Positions 17,208 to 24,837 of a stretch of DNA of 53,660 bases are shown here, piece by piece (positions within the stretch are counted from its first letter, which is position 1; every line of letters begins with the position of its first letter). The translations under genes and the position numbers were made by a program. The DNA is taken from IMG/VR virus record IMGVR_UViG_3300045988_124798, positions 1 to 53,660 of that record. The stretch is one strand, 5' to 3'. The DNA comes from a virus. Under the pieces are notes generated by a model. That model was not told the origin of the DNA. It searched no databases and saw nothing but the letters and a program-made list of their open reading frames with translations.

Positions 17208-17870
17208 TCAGCCGATTTTCTGCAAAAGTGTTGTCATTTTAGCCTTCAAAAGAGTACGTTCTTCTGGTGTCATATCCGAAAGAATCTCTGTCACATCACC
17301 AGAAAGCTCCTTCATGTATGCTTCAAGGTCGCGCATCTTTTGCTCTTTATCAGACTGAGAATTTCCCTTGTGCATTTCCTTACTTTCTGTGTAGTGGCGT
17401 TTTGCCTTATCGTAGCCGCTCATCGTGGGTTCGGTATAATACATTCTACCGCCCATACGGTCTAAATCTCTGCCACGCTCCGCATCACTCTTGCTATCCC
17501 ATTCGTGATACATATCGGGTGTCTGGAAGTAATAAGGCGGTTCTGTATAGCCTCTGCGTGTTCCTCTGCCCTTTGGTGCAAATCGACCGTCAGCGTATCT
17601 ATAATGGTCGTAGAAACGCCTGTCTCCGTCCTCGTAGTATTCTGATTTCAACCGTCTAAGGATTTCCTTATCTTCTTCTTCGTCCTCTTTCTCTGCTTTA
17701 TGCATAGCTTTTGTAATGACCGCTTTGTATTCGGCATCGTTTAAGTCTTTAATCATATCGACAACCTGACCCATTTCGGCGGTACCAACACATTCCAGAC
17801 CTTTTTCCATTTCAGACCATGCCTTTTCGCAAAGACACTCAATCATTTTGTGCATTCTCTCAATGTGCAT
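17208..17870 (-). CDS. Hypothetical Y/R/D/E/H/K-rich protein (cargo cluster)
   Basis: 220-aa ORF. Low-complexity charged/aromatic middle (YYEDGDRRFYDHYRYADGRF...). No motif recognised. Confidence 0.5.
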   Translation of the reverse strand: MHIERMHKMIECLCEKAWSEMEKGLECVGTAEMGQVVDMIKDLNDAEYKAVITKAMHKAEKEDEEEDKEILRRLKSEYYEDGDRRFYDHYRYADGRFAPKGRGTRRGYTEPPYYFQTPDMYHEWDSKSDAERGRDLDRMGGRMYYTEPTMSGYDKAKRHYTESKEMHKGNSQSDKEQKMRDLEAYMKELSGDVTEILSDMTPEERTLLKAKMTTLLQKIG

Positions 17871-17873
17871 AAA

Positions 17874-18278
17874 TTATTCACCTCCGTCCGTTGTTGCAGG
17901 GGCACCTTCTCCGTTGATAGCAGATAATCTGTTGTCCGGAGAACAGCAGGGTTCCCCTATCATTCTGAATAAGCCAGAATTGTCCGTTGTCTCAACTATG
18001 GTTTTGTATCTGGTTCTTGTTCTCAAGCCAGATGCTACAACCTGTCTACAATTACGCTTCATAAGCGGATACTGCACAGTACCGCCGCCAATCGTAATAA
18101 AAACAGGAGCATTGATTGTAGTGGTATCGGGGATTTTTTGAGCCACCACAATACAAACTTTTCGGCAGTCTGCATAACTGCCAGCGGGTAAATCTATAAT
18201 CAGATTTCCACCTGTAAAATTCACTGACTGCGACATAATGAAATTATCGCAAAGTCGGCACACGTTTTTGCAAGCCAT
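17874..18278 (-). CDS. Hypothetical Cys-rich beta-type protein (cargo cluster)
   Basis: 134 aa with 8 Cys, including N-terminal CxxxCxxC and a CC pair near the C-terminus. Confidence 0.5.
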   Translation of the reverse strand: MACKNVCRLCDNFIMSQSVNFTGGNLIIDLPAGSYADCRKVCIVVAQKIPDTTTINAPVFITIGGGTVQYPLMKRNCRQVVASGLRTRTRYKTIVETTDNSGLFRMIGEPCCSPDNRLSAINGEGAPATTDGGE

Positions 18279-18331
18279 AAAATAACACCTCCTAAAAAAA
18301 TAAGGGTAGACTTCTGCCTACCCTCTTTGTA

Positions 18332-18550
18332 TCAACCACTGTGGGCGAAGTCTGATTTAATATCAGATAGCATTTTTAGTATTTCCTTCTGGTCTTTCAT
18401 TATCTTATCCAGATAATACCCATCCTGCCTATGCAATTCTTTCAGTAGTGTATCGTTCGATACTTGCTGACACGTTACAAACTGTAAAAACACAGACAGG
18501 ACGGTAAGCATATCCAAATAAGATAACCCTTTATTTTGGTTGTCTGTCAT
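18332..18550 (-). CDS. Hypothetical small protein with a hydrophobic segment (cargo cluster)
   Basis: The ATG at 18550 overlaps the upstream TAA (TAATG). About 72 aa. Confidence 0.45.
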   Translation of the reverse strand: MTDNQNKGLSYLDMLTVLSVFLQFVTCQQVSNDTLLKELHRQDGYYLDKIMKDQKEILKMLSDIKSDFAHSG

Positions 18551-19344
18551 TAGCAACCACAACCACAACCGCAACCGTTACCGTATCCAGAATAAGGATA
18601 AGGAGCAGGGACGCTATACGCAGGGACAGGCATAGGGTTGATTCTTCTAATCAATTCAGCTGTCTGTGCATCCTGAGTTGCTGTGATGTATGCGTTCTGT
18701 GCGGACTGAGACGCAGCAAGCTCCAGTTTCTGAACCTTGTCTCTCAAATCCGCATTTTCCTTAGCACACAGATAGTCAAGGATTGCTCTTGTTCCTGCGT
18801 TCTGACTGTCGATAATGTCTCTGGTGTTTGTGTTCATTGTGTTCTGCAATGCACAAGTGTCCTTAGCCATATCGTATCTTACCTGTGCGATTGCCTCTCT
18901 GTTCTGGCAGCAACAATCCGCAAGCTGTGCCTGCAATGCGTTATGACCCTGCATCATAGCCACGTTAGCTGTATTAAACCCCTGCTGTGTCTGGTATCCA
19001 AGATTGCAGATAGCGTTATCAACACTATGGAAACCATTCATCAGAGTTGTGTTCTGTGCATAGAAACCATCGCACATACCGTTGGAGATACCATCCAGTT
19101 TGCCAATGATAGACTGTGTATCAAAGCCTCTCTGAATATCCGCCTGTGTAGCTGCTGTTGCTACATAGCCGCCGCCATTACCGCCGAAACCGCCGAAACC
19201 GTTATTGCCCCATCCAAAAAGCAAAGCAAAAACTACGATTATCCACAGCCAGCCGCCATCGTTGAACGCACCGTCATTGCCATAACCGCCAGTTGCCGGC
19301 ATTACAGGCATAGTAAAAGGTGTATTGTTTGTAGAGTTGAACAT
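18550..19344 (-). CDS. Hypothetical single-TM G/N/Q-rich protein with C-terminal GCGCGCGC (cargo cluster)
   Basis: 264 aa. GGWLWIIVVFALLFGW TM flanked by G/N/F runs (YjcZ-like look). 11 Cys including CCC. Ends ...YSGYGNGCGCGCGC. Confidence 0.55.
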   Translation of the reverse strand: MFNSTNNTPFTMPVMPATGGYGNDGAFNDGGWLWIIVVFALLFGWGNNGFGGFGGNGGGYVATAATQADIQRGFDTQSIIGKLDGISNGMCDGFYAQNTTLMNGFHSVDNAICNLGYQTQQGFNTANVAMMQGHNALQAQLADCCCQNREAIAQVRYDMAKDTCALQNTMNTNTRDIIDSQNAGTRAILDYLCAKENADLRDKVQKLELAASQSAQNAYITATQDAQTAELIRRINPMPVPAYSVPAPYPYSGYGNGCGCGCGC

Positions 19345-19422
19345 ATTAGATTCCTCCTTTTGATTGATTATTTTTATTCATAAAGAGGCACCAAGGTTTT
19401 TGCGCGCAACCTCTAATATGTC

Positions 19423-19653
19423 TTACATTCCAAACTTATCTTTCATTTGTTGAATCATTTCGTCAGGGTTTACCCCTTTCTCTTTGCAGAGGTTTCTTGC
19501 CATCTGCTCTACGCCTTTGGCATCCCCCTTCTGCATCATTTCGATGGCATTTTTCGCCATAGGGTTTCCCATCACTTGACTATTGTTCATCATTCCTTGT
19601 AAAAACTGTTGCGGATTCTTTATGCCGCTAAATAACTGAAACAAGTTTTTCAT
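19423..19653 (-). CDS. Hypothetical small helical protein (cargo cluster)
   Basis: 76 aa. The ATG overlaps the upstream TGA (ATGA). Confidence 0.45.
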   Translation of the reverse strand: MKNLFQLFSGIKNPQQFLQGMMNNSQVMGNPMAKNAIEMMQKGDAKGVEQMARNLCKEKGVNPDEMIQQMKDKFGM

Positions 19654-20159
19654 TCTGCATCCGCCTTTCTCTTGGTCGATTGTGTACTGGATTTTGAAGC
19701 GGTTTTATTTAAAGAAAGTTCCAACTGCTCTAATCTTTCGGAAAGTTCATCAAACCTATCCATGAAAGCCGAAACTGTACCGTCCGACAAGTCAATTTTT
19801 AAATTCTCTTTGTTTTGGATTTCGCTTTGAGGAACAGTCTCATTTATCGGCTTGAAGATTACGGTTTTGATTGTGCCGTCAGCGTTCCATGACTTAGCCA
19901 ATATTGCACTCATATCCTGCATTGGAAAGAACGCCGCCGAGCCATCCATAGGTACGTCATTTGCTGTTATCATTTCCACAGACTGTACCACTCGACCATT
20001 TATGCCGCTCTGTAACTGCTGCTGAAACTGATTTGCGGTCTGCAATGGCTCTATCTGTGGTTGCTGCATCCTCGGTTGTTGGAAGTACGGATTATACCCA
20101 TACTGCTGATATGCTGGTTGGATATTATAGTTCATGCTCTGATAAGGATTTGGTTGCAT
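19650..20159 (-). CDS. Hypothetical protein with Q/N/Y/P-rich N-terminus (cargo cluster)
   Basis: ATG at 20159 lies 9 nt after AAGGAGGG. The first ~55 aa are Q/N/Y/P-rich, followed by a globular part and a coiled coil. Confidence 0.5.
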   Translation of the reverse strand: MQPNPYQSMNYNIQPAYQQYGYNPYFQQPRMQQPQIEPLQTANQFQQQLQSGINGRVVQSVEMITANDVPMDGSAAFFPMQDMSAILAKSWNADGTIKTVIFKPINETVPQSEIQNKENLKIDLSDGTVSAFMDRFDELSERLEQLELSLNKTASKSSTQSTKRKADAE

Positions 20160-20292
20160 AGTCAATTCCCTCCTTTTCCAATACCTCTTGCACTGCCCGA
20201 ACCATAACGGACTGATACGTCAGAGGTATCTTCATTACATCTTCCCTACTGAAAATTTTTTCTAATACTTCATCTGAAAACATTTCCATCAT
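20125..20292 (-). CDS. Hypothetical small protein, first ORF of the cargo cluster (start uncertain)
   Basis: Three candidate ATGs (20292, 20289, 20283) after AGAGAGG. Overlaps the next ORF by 35 nt. Confidence 0.3.
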   Translation of the reverse strand: MMEMFSDEVLEKIFSREDVMKIPLTYQSVMVRAVQEVLEKEGIDYATKSLSEHEL

Positions 20293-20302
20293 CCTCTCTA
20301 TA

Positions 20303-20331
20303 AATATATTTTCGCATAAAAAAAGAGCCAA
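20303..20331 (-). promoter_or_regulatory. Candidate promoter for the cargo cluster (TTGGCT-17-TATATT)
   Basis: Read on the minus strand. The spacer is exactly 17 nt. Confidence 0.35.
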
Positions 20332-20390
20332 AAGTGTCATCTTTCGCTCAACTTTCTATCATGTATTTTTTTGTTTTGTATGGGGCTTTT

Positions 20391-20670
20391 CTACACCAAT
20401 CTTACACCACTACACCAATTTTACACCAATTTTCTGAAAGTTATTCATTGGTTTTGAAAAGTTATTCAATGTTTATAATTTTCGTATGAATTGCTTGAAA
20501 CCATTGAAAATAAAGTTATTCAAGAGTTTTTAAAGTTATAACAAGATATTTGATTGTGATTAAAAAATCATCTCTTTAATTACCTCAAAAAAGGAGTACA
20601 TCTCTAAAAATCCTTTATTTATCAATAAAACTTTACTCTTGTATTTTATTTTACACCATTTACTACACCA
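20391..20670. repeat. attP-type arm repeats: six TACACCA(AT) and four AAGTTAT(TCA) direct repeats next to int
   Basis: TACACCA at 20392, 20403, 20411, 20422, 20652 and 20664. AAGTTATTCA at 20438, 20459 and 20513, and AAGTTATA at 20533. All are in the same orientation. Confidence 0.55.
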
Positions 20671-21787
20671 ATTTCAAATTTTCCTCTATCATTTCCATTT
20701 CTTCCATCTTGGAATCTTCGGTAACATGAACATACAAATTCATCGTCATTTCGATTTTGCTATGTCCCAGAATTGCTTGAAGAGTTTTCGGACGCATACC
20801 GTTTTCAATGCACCTTGTAGCGAATGTGTGCCTCAATAAATGTATTGAAAAACGCCGTATTCCTGCCCTATCGCACGCCGCGTATATCCCCTTGTTGTAT
20901 GCGTATTTTGGAATTGGAAAGCCTTTTGAATTGACAAAGATGTAATCTGTATATTGAATTGGGACAATTTTGTTTTGGCTGTTCTTTTCTTTCTGCCGTT
21001 TCAATATTTCGATTGCTTCTTTTGTAAGCGGTATTTCTCTTTTTCCGCTCTCTGTTTTTGTATTTCCGAATACAAACCCCCGCCCATCTATCCATGCCGC
21101 ACTTCTTTCTACTCTCATTTTCCTGTTTTCAAAATCAATATCAGACCACTTTAAGGCGGTGAGTTCGCCAACTCTAAGACCTGTTTGCAAAACAAAAGAT
21201 AACCCATTGTAGTAAACGTACCGACTCGATTCTTGCAGAAATAGTTTCTGTTCCTCCAATGTAAGAGCCTGCTTTCCTGCCGTTCTTTCTCCTCCTGCTA
21301 CTTTTGTTCTTTCGACAGGGTTCTTTTGGATGAAATCATTTTCAACAGCACACTCGAAAACAGACCACATCAAAGCCCTGTACGTCTTAATAGTGCTGCT
21401 CTTATGATTTGCGGCTAAATCGTTTAATATTTTTTGACAATGGATGGGTTTTACGTCTTTTAATTCCATGTCTCCTATCGCTGAATAAGCTGAATTTTTC
21501 CATTGGTTTTCGTAGTTATTTTTTGTTGAAATTCTAATTCCATTCCCCTTTACTTCTTCGAGCCAATACTCAAACCACGCATTGACCGTTGGAGAATCAG
21601 AAAAGAAAACATCCCCATGCTCATCCTCAAATTGTGCATCTGCCATCCACGCTCGACACTCCTGCAACTTATGAAAGTATTTTTGTTTTCGCTTTCCAGA
21701 CTTCGTTGTAAATCTCCCTGTATACATTCCGTCTTTTCGTTGGCTGATACCAACGCCTAATTCTTTTCCCTTAAGGTCTTTCCCCAT
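20663..21787 (-). CDS. int: Tyrosine integrase
   Basis: The N-terminus MGKDLKGKELGVGISQRKDG is typical of Firmicutes phage/ICE integrases. HLLRHTFAT and LGHSKIEMTMNLYVHV are catalytic motifs. ATG at 21787 preferred over 21823. Confidence 0.9.
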   Translation of the reverse strand: MGKDLKGKELGVGISQRKDGMYTGRFTTKSGKRKQKYFHKLQECRAWMADAQFEDEHGDVFFSDSPTVNAWFEYWLEEVKGNGIRISTKNNYENQWKNSAYSAIGDMELKDVKPIHCQKILNDLAANHKSSTIKTYRALMWSVFECAVENDFIQKNPVERTKVAGGERTAGKQALTLEEQKLFLQESSRYVYYNGLSFVLQTGLRVGELTALKWSDIDFENRKMRVERSAAWIDGRGFVFGNTKTESGKREIPLTKEAIEILKRQKEKNSQNKIVPIQYTDYIFVNSKGFPIPKYAYNKGIYAACDRAGIRRFSIHLLRHTFATRCIENGMRPKTLQAILGHSKIEMTMNLYVHVTEDSKMEEMEMIEENLKLV

Positions 21788-21813
21788 TCTATTACACTCC
21801 TTTCGATTTGAGA

Positions 21814-21851
21814 AAAGCCCCATACAGTTTCATACTACCATACGGGGCTTT
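21814..21851 (-). terminator. Hairpin between the xis-like gene and int
   Basis: aaagcccc / ggggcttt 8-bp stem with a 22-nt loop, followed on the minus strand by tct. Weak U-tract. Confidence 0.3.
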
Positions 21852-21858
21852 ACGTTGT

Positions 21859-22260
21859 CTACAATTCGATACTTCCTTCAATGAATTTATCAAATTCCTT
21901 TCTTTTGATTAACTTTTTTGTTCCTACGGTCAGAACAAACGTGCATCTTGGGTTGTTAGCCAATTCCCTTATCCTTGAAGTCCCGATACTGCTATATGCG
22001 GACGCTTCATCAATCGTCATTGTTACTTTCTGCCAAACTGGCACTTCTGGCTTCGACATATCCTCAATCCTTTCCATTTTCTTATAAATCTTCCGCAAAA
22101 TACGATTTACCGTAGATGATGATATTTTCATCGTGTCCGCTATATAATCAATAGGGGAACCGTTGCTGGACAGTTGAAATACCATCATCTCATCCTCGGT
22201 AAAATTGGCATTCTCTATGATTTTTCGCAATTCTGGCTTTGTCAAATTACGCAAAGCCAC
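21859..22260 (-). CDS. Sigma-70 region-4-like HTH fused to excisionase-type (MerR-like) HTH; probable Xis / recombination directionality factor
   Basis: N-terminus: FTEDEMMVFQL...IADTMKISSSTVNRILRKIYKK. C-terminus: MTIDEASAYSSIGTSRIRELAN...LIKRKEFDKFIE. Directly upstream of int. Confidence 0.6.
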   Translation of the reverse strand: MALRNLTKPELRKIIENANFTEDEMMVFQLSSNGSPIDYIADTMKISSSTVNRILRKIYKKMERIEDMSKPEVPVWQKVTMTIDEASAYSSIGTSRIRELANNPRCTFVLTVGTKKLIKRKEFDKFIEGSIEL

Positions 22261-22275
22261 TTAGGAATACCTCCT

Positions 22276-22638
22276 TTATGTATCCTCATTAGACCAAAGC
22301 AATTTTTTATTTCCTTTCTTGTCGGTCTGAAAAATGGTATCCTCTGTCATTTCGATTCCAATTTCAGCCTTTACTACTTCCTCAATATCATCAAGCGAAA
22401 GGTGCTTGTCCCCAACATCAGCCCAAAGCTGTTCAAAGGCAACTAACGCTTTGGCGCAACGTTCTGAACCGAATCCGAATTTATCATGCAGGACTAGCAA
22501 CATAACCAGTTCCATTTGAGAAGAAAGCCCTCTATCAATGATTTTCTGCATATTTTCAATAGCTTCTGTCTTTGCTTCTTCAATAATTCTTTTCTGCTTC
22601 TGATACCGCTTTCTCTTTTCAATCTGATTCAGATTCAT
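22276..22638 (-). CDS. Hypothetical protein
   Basis: 120-aa ORF overlapping the upstream gene end. Confidence 0.4.
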   Translation of the reverse strand: MNLNQIEKRKRYQKQKRIIEEAKTEAIENMQKIIDRGLSSQMELVMLLVLHDKFGFGSERCAKALVAFEQLWADVGDKHLSLDDIEEVVKAEIGIEMTEDTIFQTDKKGNKKLLWSNEDT

Positions 22639-23047
22639 CTTTCACACCACCCTTGTAAACCGCAGAAATAAATTTGTCTACCCTTTTCTGCAACTCTGGC
22701 GGAAGATTTTCGTAAAAGTTAATTTCTTTGACTTGGTATCCGCATCTTTCTTTCATTCTCTCCATAGCCTTGATGGCAAGAAACACGCCGTTGATAGCTA
22801 CATGATACGCAGCAGGCAGTCCGCTTTCTTCATCTCGCGCGTCATGGTCTTTCTGGTAAGATACCGTGTGCCGCAGTAGAGCGGCTAACAGTCTGTCATC
22901 AGAGATATTTCTCCATGACTCAATACCTTCAACACCGTATTTCTCAACGGCAAACTCACGAACTCTTGCTAATGGCTCTAAAATCTCCAAGGGTACAAGG
23001 TTGAGCTGCGCTTTTCCTTCATCGGATTTTACGATTGGCGTTTTCAT
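22619..23047 (-). CDS. DUF5664 / dATP-dGTP diphosphohydrolase-N-like protein (tentative)
   Basis: 142 aa. The pattern L.LVP...L...A.V..F...KYG...W......RLL.A.LRH......D..D.ESG...A.H matches my memory of that family. Confidence 0.35.
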   Translation of the reverse strand: MKTPIVKSDEGKAQLNLVPLEILEPLARVREFAVEKYGVEGIESWRNISDDRLLAALLRHTVSYQKDHDARDEESGLPAAYHVAINGVFLAIKAMERMKERCGYQVKEINFYENLPPELQKRVDKFISAVYKGGVKDESESD

Positions 23048-23069
23048 AAATTTTCCTCCGTTCTGGCTC

Positions 23070-23744
23070 TTATCTGATACTCATTGCTTTTATCTTCTCC
23101 AATTCTGCATGAACGGTGTCCATAACAGAATCGCTTACTACTCTTTCCTTCTTCTCCTTGCCTTCAATCAGTAATTTGCTCTTTTCGTCAAATGCATTAG
23201 AAAGTTGCTTAATCCTATCCTGCATTTCTATTCTGGCAGGATTTTCATTATTAGAAATCAAATTCTGTGCTTCTACGGGCAACTTTGCGCTTTCGTCTTT
23301 CTGCATCAGCACCAGTCTATATGACCTCTGGAAATTACTCATGACTACTGTCTCGTTATAATCTTCATCCGTAGCCCAAATATTTAGCTGTTCTGGCGTT
23401 CCGATTGCACGTTGAATGATTGTAGGAAGTTTCAAAAATTCCTCAGTATATCTGTATCCGCTATTTCTGATTGCCTTACTAACCAACGCCCACGCTTCCA
23501 TTTCGTTCAATTCCTGCGGCTTGCTGATAGAATAAACCATGTCAACCAACTGCCCTATTGTCGGTGCAAATCCGCTTGTGTCGGACAGGATATAGGATTT
23601 CAACGCAACGGAGATTTGCTTGTATGAATATTCCGATAACATCATATTCCATACATCTATGGTCTCCGAAAGATTGCTTGGCTTGAAATTTGCAAAGCAG
23701 TCACATATGATACGAATGATTTGTACCGTTTCTTCACGCTTCAA
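23070..23744 (-). CDS. Replicative helicase loader (G39P-like, tentative)
   Basis: 224 aa immediately after the replisome organizer. The N-terminal region resembles loader/inhibitor of G40P. TTG start. Confidence 0.45.
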   Translation of the reverse strand: MKREETVQIIRIICDCFANFKPSNLSETIDVWNMMLSEYSYKQISVALKSYILSDTSGFAPTIGQLVDMVYSISKPQELNEMEAWALVSKAIRNSGYRYTEEFLKLPTIIQRAIGTPEQLNIWATDEDYNETVVMSNFQRSYRLVLMQKDESAKLPVEAQNLISNNENPARIEMQDRIKQLSNAFDEKSKLLIEGKEKKERVVSDSVMDTVHAELEKIKAMSIR

Positions 23745-23910
23745 TGTTGCTCACTCCGTTCTCAATGACAATCCAAATACCACTTTCTCCATCCTTCTCA
23801 TACATAAAATCTGTTTGATATCCAGCAGATATGAGTGTTTTCATGTAAGAAAAAGCTTCTTCCGCATCTTTGCATTTTATGGTATCTCCAACCTTTAAAC
23901 TTTGCCCCAA
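23734..23910 (-). CDS. Possible small ORF (58 aa, TTG start)
   Basis: Open frame LGQSLKVGDTIKCKDAEEAFSYMKTLISAGYQTDFMYEKDGESGIWIVIENGVSNIEA. Below the ORF-track cutoff. Confidence 0.25.
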   Translation of the reverse strand: MGQSLKVGDTIKCKDAEEAFSYMKTLISAGYQTDFMYEKDGESGIWIVIENGVSNIEA

Positions 23911-24647
23911 TTTATCTCGCCTCCTGTCGCAACTCCACTATTCTTCCCTATTTTCTCCCAAACAATACCTTGATAGCCGCTCGAAATGCTTTCGTTTATT
24001 GCCGTTGACACCGCCGTATCTCCGTATTGTGTTGATTTTTCCGATACGGTTTTTAAAAGTGTCCGCAAACCTCTTTCTTTGTACTTGAAATTTCTTTCTC
24101 CCTTGTATGCAATCCAATCCTGTACCGATTCCAACAAGTAGTCAGAAATCCCAAACTCTAAAATCATGTCATTCAGCATATCCGCAGAAGATACTTTCTT
24201 TGCAGAAGCGGAAGGAATACTTTTCGGTTCTTCTTCTGTCTGGCAATTATCCGCACCGCCCCTGACTTTATTTACCGTATCAATAACGTACCGCCTAAAA
24301 TCATCGGACTTAATATGCTTTGCCACATTCTCAACTCCTGCAAGCGTTTTCTCTGATTTGCTCCAGTTGTACTTATGCCAATTCAGAATCAACACTTCCT
24401 TTGTTTCTGCACAGTACCGAATCACGCCATGCACGTTTTCAAAGCGGCTAATCAATCTTGAAATTGTATCCTTCGTGTATCCTGTATGGTGCGACATTTG
24501 ATTAAAACTGACCTCGTAGCAGCCGCAGATATTCGTCTGTGGGTTTGTCAGAAGATAAGCATAGAAATACTTATCCTCTGGTGTGAAATCGTCCTCGACC
24601 TTGCTGTCCGTCCAAAACGATATGTGTAAATTCCTGTATATTGCCAT
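23895..24647 (-). CDS. Phage replisome organizer / DnaD-like replication initiator
   Basis: MAIYRNLHISFWTDSKVEDDFTPEDKYFYAYLLTNPQTNICGCYE... is the Phage_rep_org_N signature. ATG at 24647 preferred. Confidence 0.8.
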   Translation of the reverse strand: MAIYRNLHISFWTDSKVEDDFTPEDKYFYAYLLTNPQTNICGCYEVSFNQMSHHTGYTKDTISRLISRFENVHGVIRYCAETKEVLILNWHKYNWSKSEKTLAGVENVAKHIKSDDFRRYVIDTVNKVRGGADNCQTEEEPKSIPSASAKKVSSADMLNDMILEFGISDYLLESVQDWIAYKGERNFKYKERGLRTLLKTVSEKSTQYGDTAVSTAINESISSGYQGIVWEKIGKNSGVATGGEINWGKV

Positions 24648-24663
24648 AAACAACACCACGCTC

Positions 24664-24837
24664 TTATTTATTGTTGATTTTCTGCTTGTATTCTTTCTTC
24701 TCTTTTTCTGTTTTCTCCTTGCAATTCGCACAACGAATGGTAGGTGCATTTTCAATCGCACTTGCGACCATTGCAGGATAAAAACCCTTCTCTTTTATCA
24801 GAACTTCTTTCAAAGCATCTGCATCAATCAGTCGCAT
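24664..24837 (-). CDS. Hypothetical small protein
   Basis: MRLIDADALKEVL... is a common small phage ORF type. Start at 24837. Confidence 0.4.
   Translation of the reverse strand: MRLIDADALKEVLIKEKGFYPAMVASAIENAPTIRCANCKEKTEKEKKEYKQKINNK

Noticed and set aside
21788-21823. Longer integrase start (ATG at 21823, MGLFSNRKECNR...)
   Set aside because: The extension overlaps the hairpin and inverted repeat. The ATG at 21787 gives the MGKDLKGKELG N-terminus typical of this integrase family.
24648-24761. Longer replisome-organizer start (ATG at 24761)
   Set aside because: The basic extension overlaps ORF 24664-24837 in another frame. The conserved Phage_rep_org_N signature begins at MAIYRNL (24647).
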